Below, in pieces: positions 58,015 to 64,000 of a stretch of DNA of 64,000 nt. This stretch comes from Myxococcota bacterium (lineage in GTDB: Bacteria > UBA10199 > JACPAL01 > GCA-016699445), in assembly GCA_052033505.1 (NCBI GenBank), contig JBPOJN010000042.1:12301-76300 (forward strand), read 5' to 3'. Position numbers and translations under genes: made by a program. Below the pieces are notes generated by a model. That model saw nothing but the letters and a program-made list of their open reading frames with translations. It did no database searches and was not told where the DNA came from. Position 1 is the first letter of the stretch. Each line of letters starts with the position of its first letter.

Positions 58015-58322
58015 TTGTTTATAATGCGGCATCAACACTAAAAGAGAAATTATTCCAAAGTTCTTCGGGTGAATGGAATTTCCAGGGATCAAAGGAAACA
58101 ACAGGACGATCCTTTTTCTTCGAGGATCGTTCCAATAAAACCTAAAATTGAGGTCTTACCTGTACCCCAACTACCGTATATCCCTATCCGCGACGATGGC
58201 CAAGATGACGCGCCATCAATCAACTCAACAATCTCCTGGGCAAACTGCCATCGTCCCAGGGAATCCTGCATTTTTAATGAAACAGGGTCGTCTGGTGATT
58301 TGTTTTTAACATTATCACTCAT
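58015..58322 (-). pseudogene. KAP-family P-loop NTPase remnant (N-terminal fragment, frameshifted and truncated)
   Basis: 'DSLGRWQFAQEIVELI...RIGIYGSWGTGKTSILGFI' is the KAP N-terminus with its Walker A. A stop comes after 77 aa. 'DPWKFHSPEELWNNF' continues in another frame, then ends. Confidence 0.55.
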
Positions 58323-58360
58323 AAAGTATTACTCCGTCGTTACTTCGTCTGTGTACGTGT

Positions 58361-60865
58361 TCAAAATATCGACCACGGGTCATCTCTTGAGAATGACTGA
58401 TTTTGATTTGCACACAATAATTCAAATTTAAAACCAGCATCAACTACCAGTTGGCGCGCTGTAGTGACAATATTACTGTCATCGTTTTCTATGCAGGCCA
58501 GGAGAATTACATCTGGGCTTACGTCTTCTGCAATTTCAAGAAGGGCTTTGATCTTTTTTTCAGTAAAGCCTGAAGATTTTGATTTTGCTTCCCCCATAAT
58601 GAACATTCCCTCTCGAATGCAGAGAATATCAACTTCAGCGCAAGGATTAGGGTCATCATATTTTTTATATAAGGCAGATTGGGGCACATAATAAAATGTC
58701 TCGAAAGCATGTTCTAAGAGAGTTCCCAAAGCCCACATGTCAGCGAGTATGGAGTCCTTGTACAGCGCATCCAACAACCTCTTATTGATTGAATAATCCC
58801 ACTCAATTCCTTGTGGAGGGATATTCTTTTCTCTTCCACACACTTCGCAGATATTACTTGTTTTAAGGTTGTCAACAGAGCTCCAATTGGTACTCCCACA
58901 CTTCCGACAAGGCCATTCGTAGCCCTGGAAGAAAATTTTTGAAGACACTAATTCTGCTAATGCATCATCAAAATTCTCTGTGATATCTTTCTGGACATCC
59001 TTCGCATTGAACCCTTGGCCAGACTGGGCAGTTTTCTTAAATTTGTTGAAGGATTCAGCTCTCTTTTTCTTCATAACGCTGTAACTGATAATACTTCCGG
59101 GCTGAGGCAAATGATACATTGCCCTCACAATAACCGCTGTGAACTTGTCCCACTCATTCTGGGCTTCTATAACAACCTTTTCGCCTAACTGCTTTTTTAA
59201 AGCCTTCTGGATTCTTTCTGCAAAGGAAGTGTTCTGTTTTAAGTGGTCGTAGTTAGCCGCCTCATTCAAAATATCTCGCCAAAATTTATTAGAAATGAAT
59301 CTATGAGCACGAGCTAACCCTTGAAACATATGAGTCACAGCATGGAGGGAGCGCCCCTTGTCTGATGGTGCTATGACTTCATAGAGGGCTTGCGCATCTT
59401 TGTACCGGAGATCATCTTTCGGGTAATAAGAGGTGCGATAAAAAATGGCGCGGAATAAAACATTGTCGTCGGGAAATCCAATTTCTATAGGCCGCTCACG
59501 CCTATCTTCATTAAAAGGGGCTTCCTGAAAATAGGAATGTAAAACAGAAAGCACGCCATTTCTTCGAATCTTAGAATCTTGTTTGACAAACAATCTGCAT
59601 AGTTCTGATTTTCTGGGTAATAACCACCAATGACGGCCATTAGAATAAACGCAGTGACTCTGATAACGTTCCAGCAAAATATCGACTGCATATCTCCCAG
59701 ACATGAGCTGAGATTGATCTGGCAAAATAGAGTAAAAATGATCTGGTTCTGCAGGATAAAAAGACGAAGGATTTTCAGTGATTCGATCAGTTTGGCGGAA
59801 GTTTTGAGATGGCCTCCTTTCCTGATTAAATTCTTTTGGGATCGGTAGTTGATTTTGCTGCTGCGAGATCTGCAGATAACATTTTTTTTCTCTCAATTTT
59901 TGGATAAACTTTTCCAGGATCTCTCCGTCGAGAGAATAGGAGCGGACAGATACTGATCGTTGTCCTGAGTTCCCAGGAAACTTATACTGATGCTTGTTCA
60001 AATATGTGGCCAAAAGACCTATAAACTCTTCGTCATCTAGTTTTGATGCTGGCACTCGAAGTGTCGTAATGTCTGAATATTTGCTTTCTGAAACGAAGTG
60101 TCTTGAATTCCAAAAATAGAGTCTATCTTCAAAACTGTCTCCCACGACAAGGTTGAGACTTTCGCACCAGTGATAATTATGCTCTGGCACGTCCATTCCA
60201 CAATTTTTATTGGATAGTTGCGCGAGACTAATGATTTCGTTGTTAGTACCTAATCGTTTTAATAAGTCATTCGTTGAATGAAATTTCTCACCGTGCACAA
60301 GCATGCGCGGATTTAAATTTTCCGGTGTCAGGGTTAAGGGAAGATATAAATTCTTTGCCTCCCTATCTTCAGCAGCTCCAAAACTGTCTTTTAGAAATCC
60401 ATCATCTTGCCAGTCATAGTAGGCGCTAATCAAAGATTTAGGTGGTTGCATTTCTTTCTTTAGTGCCGGGAGGATAGAAAGTGCGGTAACGCATTGAAAC
60501 TGGTAATTAGGTTTCGCCCAAGACTTACTCGAATCATCATGGTGGGTTGTGTGTTTTAGAAAAGAAATTGGGCTGGCTCTTTGATCGAGCTCTGTAATCG
60601 TTGAATTGTCTAACTGGGCATAAGAATAGATGATGTCAGGATCATACCAATGAATCCATGCAAGATAATTTTCTTCAATACGTCCATTTTCGACGGGAAC
60701 TAATAAAGTTCGGCACCCAGCCCAGCGTTTATAAGCATCCTCGAAAATCTCGTCAAAGACGTTTGAAGCCTTCGCATTGTTCTCGACCAAAAAAAGAAAC
60801 CGTAAAGGTCTGGCGCGATGTTGAATCGAAATATAGTGATCTAATTTCTTGGGGACGGATTCCAT
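58361..60865 (-). CDS. orphan 834-aa protein with C-terminal zinc ribbon and PD-(D/E)xK-like nuclease motif
   Basis: Uninterrupted 2.5-kb ORF in a markedly AT-richer segment. 'CRKCGSTNWSSVDNLKTSNICEVCG' is CxxC-x17-CxxC. It is followed by 'AEVDILCIREGMFIMGEAKSK', a D...E-x-K layout. I recognise nothing in the first ~650 aa. Confidence 0.7.
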   Translation of the reverse strand: MESVPKKLDHYISIQHRARPLRFLFLVENNAKASNVFDEIFEDAYKRWAGCRTLLVPVENGRIEENYLAWIHWYDPDIIYSYAQLDNSTITELDQRASPISFLKHTTHHDDSSKSWAKPNYQFQCVTALSILPALKKEMQPPKSLISAYYDWQDDGFLKDSFGAAEDREAKNLYLPLTLTPENLNPRMLVHGEKFHSTNDLLKRLGTNNEIISLAQLSNKNCGMDVPEHNYHWCESLNLVVGDSFEDRLYFWNSRHFVSESKYSDITTLRVPASKLDDEEFIGLLATYLNKHQYKFPGNSGQRSVSVRSYSLDGEILEKFIQKLREKKCYLQISQQQNQLPIPKEFNQERRPSQNFRQTDRITENPSSFYPAEPDHFYSILPDQSQLMSGRYAVDILLERYQSHCVYSNGRHWWLLPRKSELCRLFVKQDSKIRRNGVLSVLHSYFQEAPFNEDRRERPIEIGFPDDNVLFRAIFYRTSYYPKDDLRYKDAQALYEVIAPSDKGRSLHAVTHMFQGLARAHRFISNKFWRDILNEAANYDHLKQNTSFAERIQKALKKQLGEKVVIEAQNEWDKFTAVIVRAMYHLPQPGSIISYSVMKKKRAESFNKFKKTAQSGQGFNAKDVQKDITENFDDALAELVSSKIFFQGYEWPCRKCGSTNWSSVDNLKTSNICEVCGREKNIPPQGIEWDYSINKRLLDALYKDSILADMWALGTLLEHAFETFYYVPQSALYKKYDDPNPCAEVDILCIREGMFIMGEAKSKSSGFTEKKIKALLEIAEDVSPDVILLACIENDDSNIVTTARQLVVDAGFKFELLCANQNQSFSRDDPWSIF

Positions 60866-60947
60866 GCTTTTACTCCTGATCCTCTTCTAAAGCTTTTTCT
60901 GCGCTAGGCACGACCTACTCATTCGGGACCCCCTGTATCAGCAGGTT

Positions 60948-63512
60948 TCACTCCCTCGCTACCACAGTGTCATACAGCCCGTAATGGGTTAGCCCCTCGT
61001 GGCTTTCGATCCCTGTGTAGCGGAGTGAGGCGTCTTCGTAGCGGCGGAAGGCGCAGACGGCCTGATTCATCTGCTCGGTGTTGAACACCTTGAGTCGCAC
61101 GAGCAAGTGGAAATCATTTACCGTCAGACCAGTGACAGTCTCGAACAGGGCCGGCTCGATCTTGGTGATAACGTCTTGCAGCGTGTTCTCTCGAAAATCG
61201 GTCAGATACATGAATGCCGGAATGCGTGTCGCGAACTTGATGAGCTTCTCCTGCACGAGTTTTCGTTTGGACTTGAACTCCTTCTCCTCGTCGGTGAGCT
61301 GCCTCTTCTCTTTCGCCGACAAGTCCTTGTCCTTCGCCTTATTCTTAAGTTCTTTAACCTTCTCACTTTTGTTGATGATGGTTTCGATGATGTTGTCGCC
61401 GAGCGAGCGCCAGCCTTCGATGCGCTCCACGGCAGCCATCGCTTCGGGATTGTCCAGGATACGGCGGAGGGTATCATTATCTACGTTTACGAGCAGCGCG
61501 CTCTCCCACTTGCGCGCCAGCAGCGTGGCCGAGGTTCCGGCCATCGCGATGTCGAGTATGTGCCCCGCATCAATCTGAGTCATGTTCGCGCCATCGTAGG
61601 CCAGCACAGGCAGGAACGACACAAGGTCCTTGACCGCGTTCTCCGGGTTTGGCTCGTTGGGCGATAACCCGATCCCGTATTCGGAGAGTTGCCGCAGCGC
61701 GCGCGTGGGCGCGAAGTCGAACACGAAGCAGACCGGCTTGAGGATCTCCTCCGCGTTGGGGTCATCGCCGTGGGGGTTCTTGATCGACCACGGTGACTGC
61801 ACGCGAAACGCCGCCTGGAAGTAGGTCTCCGGCGATTTCAGGCTGCGCAGCATCAGGATCGACGACCACTGCGGTACAGTGATACCGGTGGTGAGCTTGC
61901 CGCACGAGAGCGTCATGGTCTTGGTGTCGAAGCCGCTGCCGATGGCCTGGCGCACGGGCGGCAGCGCCTCCAATCCGATGCCCGCCGAGGCACCGGCGGC
62001 CACCGTCACCTTATAGTCGTGCCAAAATACGTTGTGCTTTTCGGCCAGCAGGTTCGCCATCGCATGACAGGCCGCGACGTTGGGCAGGAACCAGAACGAG
62101 TGTTGTAGATACGGTAACAGGCGCGAGTCCGAATACGGAAACGGAGGCCTGGTGCCGGTCTTGAGATGCTCCACCGCCTTGGGCGCATACCCGCCGCGGA
62201 TGATGTCCAGCCATTTCTGCACATCGCTCTTGTGCTTGAACTGCGCCTTATCGCCCGTGCCCGAGGCCTCGAAGAAGGCGTTCAGGTCGAACTCGTCGAA
62301 CTCACCGGCGCTCGCTATCGCCACCAGCTCGTCTGGCATCTGATAGGTGAGCAGCCGCATCTGCGGCAGCGCGCCGTAGGGGTTCCACTTGCCGGGATAC
62401 TTCCTCGTGAACTCTTCCTTGGCGCGCTGCTCGTCGGTGTAAGTCCAGTTAAAGATTGCTTCTTCGATGAACTCGCCCGTGGCCAGCGCCTTGAACGGCG
62501 TGCCGGAGAGGTAAAGGTAGGCCTTTGAGGTAATGGGCAGGAATTCAATCTCTTTCTCCGAGAGTTCGCTAAGGCCCTCGTTCACTCCTTCCAAGCCGGT
62601 GGCATATTCGAGCTTGGCCTCCTTCTTGGCGACTGCCTCTTCCTCGCCCTCGAACAGTTCCTTGGCGGTGTCGCGCCACGCGCCAAAGTGGTATTCGTCG
62701 AAGACGACCAAATCCCACTTCACCGAGCGTAGCCAAGTGTGCCTTGGCTTAATGTTCCCCGCGTCGTCGCGACCCAGCAAGTCTTGAAACGAGCCGAAAT
62801 AGACAACCGGCTTTCTTTGGTCAACTTTCGTCGGGTCGCTACCGGATGAGCGGGAGAGGTATTGCCACCCATCGAAGTCGAAATGGGATTCGAGATCTGT
62901 CTGCCACGCATCCTCGACGGCAGGCTTAAAAGTCACCACTAGGACTCGCTTGGCACCGATCTTCTTCGCCAACTGATAGGCAGTGAAGGTCTTGCCGAAA
63001 CGCATCTTCGCGTTCCACAGGAAGCGCGGGACGGCTTTCTTATTCTCAGACCAGATCGATTTGAAGTAGTCGAAAGTCTTTTCAACAGCCTCGATCTGTT
63101 CCCGCCGCATTGCAAACGTCTCGTGGTGCGTGCCGCTGAACTTCTGACCGGTGCGCAGCTCAATGAGGACGGTTTTCACGTCCTTGAGCGTACAGCGCAT
63201 CCACTCCAACTCGACTTTCTCAAAGTCCTTCTTAACCAGCGCCTCACGCACGTCGTGGTCGGTGAAGATCGTGCCGTCGTCGCGCTCGGCCGACTCGTCG
63301 AGTTCGATCTTATAGTTCTTGATCGCGGCGGTCTTCAGCTGCTCGGCGACGCGTTGTTTCACGTCGCGCGCGGTCTGCCCCACCTTGAGGAGACCTGCGT
63401 GTGCCTTGTCCGCAATGGCGTAGGCGTAGATGCGCGGCCGGGCTTCCGGCTTGGGCTCCAGGATTTCTTCTATGGGTTTACTCATCGTCACTGGCTTCTG
63501 TGGTGTCGCCAT
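60948..63512 (-). CDS. SF2 (DExH) helicase/restriction-type ATPase with N-terminal T5orf172/GIY-YIG-like domain
   Basis: N-terminus 'RIYAYAI...GLLKVGQTARDVKQRVAEQL...ELEWMRC' is T5orf172/MUG113-like. Motif I is 'NAKMRFGKTFTA', motif II is 'LVVFDEYHFG', and 'LSGTPF' is also present. The start is ATG 63512 or ATG 63485; both overlap the end of the upstream MTase-like gene. Confidence 0.75.
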   Translation of the reverse strand: MATPQKPVTMSKPIEEILEPKPEARPRIYAYAIADKAHAGLLKVGQTARDVKQRVAEQLKTAAIKNYKIELDESAERDDGTIFTDHDVREALVKKDFEKVELEWMRCTLKDVKTVLIELRTGQKFSGTHHETFAMRREQIEAVEKTFDYFKSIWSENKKAVPRFLWNAKMRFGKTFTAYQLAKKIGAKRVLVVTFKPAVEDAWQTDLESHFDFDGWQYLSRSSGSDPTKVDQRKPVVYFGSFQDLLGRDDAGNIKPRHTWLRSVKWDLVVFDEYHFGAWRDTAKELFEGEEEAVAKKEAKLEYATGLEGVNEGLSELSEKEIEFLPITSKAYLYLSGTPFKALATGEFIEEAIFNWTYTDEQRAKEEFTRKYPGKWNPYGALPQMRLLTYQMPDELVAIASAGEFDEFDLNAFFEASGTGDKAQFKHKSDVQKWLDIIRGGYAPKAVEHLKTGTRPPFPYSDSRLLPYLQHSFWFLPNVAACHAMANLLAEKHNVFWHDYKVTVAAGASAGIGLEALPPVRQAIGSGFDTKTMTLSCGKLTTGITVPQWSSILMLRSLKSPETYFQAAFRVQSPWSIKNPHGDDPNAEEILKPVCFVFDFAPTRALRQLSEYGIGLSPNEPNPENAVKDLVSFLPVLAYDGANMTQIDAGHILDIAMAGTSATLLARKWESALLVNVDNDTLRRILDNPEAMAAVERIEGWRSLGDNIIETIINKSEKVKELKNKAKDKDLSAKEKRQLTDEEKEFKSKRKLVQEKLIKFATRIPAFMYLTDFRENTLQDVITKIEPALFETVTGLTVNDFHLLVRLKVFNTEQMNQAVCAFRRYEDASLRYTGIESHEGLTHYGLYDTVVARE

Positions 63513-64000
63513 CGAGAAGCTCTCTCTGGTGCTCGGCTACTTGCGCCTCGATAAATGCGATTTCACTTTTAGTCAGCCCGTATCGCTTGTAGAGCTTCGC
63601 GTCGGTCCACTCTTGCTCTAACGGCAAATCAGGCACAAAGGAATACACGTCGCGCGTCGCGTGCTGCGTGGCTTTGCGAAGCGAGACCAAGAAACGAACG
63701 AACCGGGTGCGCAGATACTTCGCGTAGCTGGCCGCCTCTCCCTCATTGTCGAAGTGCCCGGCAACGAGGTAGGTCTCGGTGCATGCAGTGCCCGGCTCGG
63801 CAACGATTGGTTTGCTCAGGAACTTGGTTTCAATCGCCGCGCTTGTGCCCTGCACGGCAGTCATGAGCACTTTCCACTCGTCAATCCACTCGGGGTTGAC
63901 CGTAATTGCCTTTCGCTCCATCCAGCCAACCCGCTGGTTCTCGAAGAGCTTCACCGGCATCTTCAATCCCGCCGCCGACGGCTTGCTCTTAAAGTTCGTG
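63478..64000 (-). CDS. C-terminal part of an Eco57I/TaqI-C-type N6-adenine DNA methyltransferase-like protein; 5' end lies outside the window
   Basis: The frame is open to nt 64000. 'YLVAGHFDNEGEAASYAKYLRTRFVRFLVSL' and the terminal 'WTDAKLYKRYGLTKSEIAFIEAQV' resemble the C-terminal target-recognition/tail region of type IIG/Eco57I-like methylases. The catalytic motifs are not in the window. Confidence 0.5.
   Translation of the reverse strand, partial: TNFKSKPSAAGLKMPVKLFENQRVGWMERKAITVNPEWIDEWKVLMTAVQGTSAAIETKFLSKPIVAEPGTACTETYLVAGHFDNEGEAASYAKYLRTRFVRFLVSLRKATQHATRDVYSFVPDLPLEQEWTDAKLYKRYGLTKSEIAFIEAQVAEHQRELLDGDTTEASDDE

Noticed and set aside
45000-64000. Calling the 45-49.6 kb islet or the 55-64 kb region a defined mobile element or prophage.
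   Set aside because: I could find no integrase, transposase, recombinase, tRNA target or matching direct repeats at the boundaries. Only compositional shifts and gene debris are present.
1-64000. rRNA and tRNA genes, CRISPR arrays, riboswitch-like leaders.
   Set aside because: I scanned the intergenic regions by eye for conserved tRNA T-arm and acceptor patterns, rRNA-like stretches and regular repeat-spacer arrays. None was found. A covariance-model scan (tRNAscan-SE, Rfam) would be needed to exclude small RNAs.

Overview
This is a 64-kb chromosomal segment of a Gram-negative bacterium. I estimate by eye a GC content in the mid-50s percent, with several AT-richer patches. The gene content (Wzi/MlaC/TolC/RND envelope genes, eukaryote-like Ser/Thr kinases with long C-terminal tails, a cyclase-STAND-TPR protein) suggests a Bdellovibrionota- or Myxococcota-like lineage, but that is inference only. 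I found no rRNA, tRNA, CRISPR array, transposase or integrase.

Layout:
- 1-10 kb: envelope genes and a tightly coupled six-gene minus-strand lipid operon (AGPS-like FAD oxidase, truncated oxidase paralog, DAGK-type lipid kinase, IPC-synthase-like PAP2, MMPL/RND exporter, Wzi-like outer-membrane protein), divergent from glpD.
- 10-23.7 kb: ordinary housekeeping genes (glpD, apaG, two malic enzymes, ALDH, trmL, hemH, ldcA, a NuoI-like ferredoxin, IDH).
- 23.7-37.6 kb: an accessory signalling and surface block. It holds an orphan 421-aa protein, two tandem paralogous Ser/Thr kinases, a cyclase-STAND-TPR protein, a secreted protein with six GGSTPT repeats, an extremely AT-rich spacer, and a compositionally chimeric tail-fibre-like gene.
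- 37.7-45 kb: lipoprotein plus MlaC-like pair, hydrolase, gluQ, OYE reductase.
- 45-49.6 kb: a decayed accessory islet (truncated DUF4143 ATPase, class II Fic, HigBA-like pair, nuclease pseudogene).
- 49.6-54.9 kb: a CusA/CzcA-type RND operon with no membrane-fusion protein gene.
- 54.9-64 kb: a defence-island-like region. It contains an inverted pair of paralogous small ORFs and structured inverted repeats around gene fragments, a DEDDh exonuclease, a KAP NTPase remnant, an AT-rich orphan 834-aa protein with a C-terminal zinc ribbon plus a PD-(D/E)xK-like motif, and an RM-like pair (T5orf172/GIY-YIG-like SF2 helicase plus an N6-MTase-like gene running off the window).

The best candidates for something undescribed are the 834-aa orphan with its helicase/MTase neighbours, the lipid synthesis/export operon, the adaptor-less RND operon, and the kinase/cyclase/GGSTPT block.
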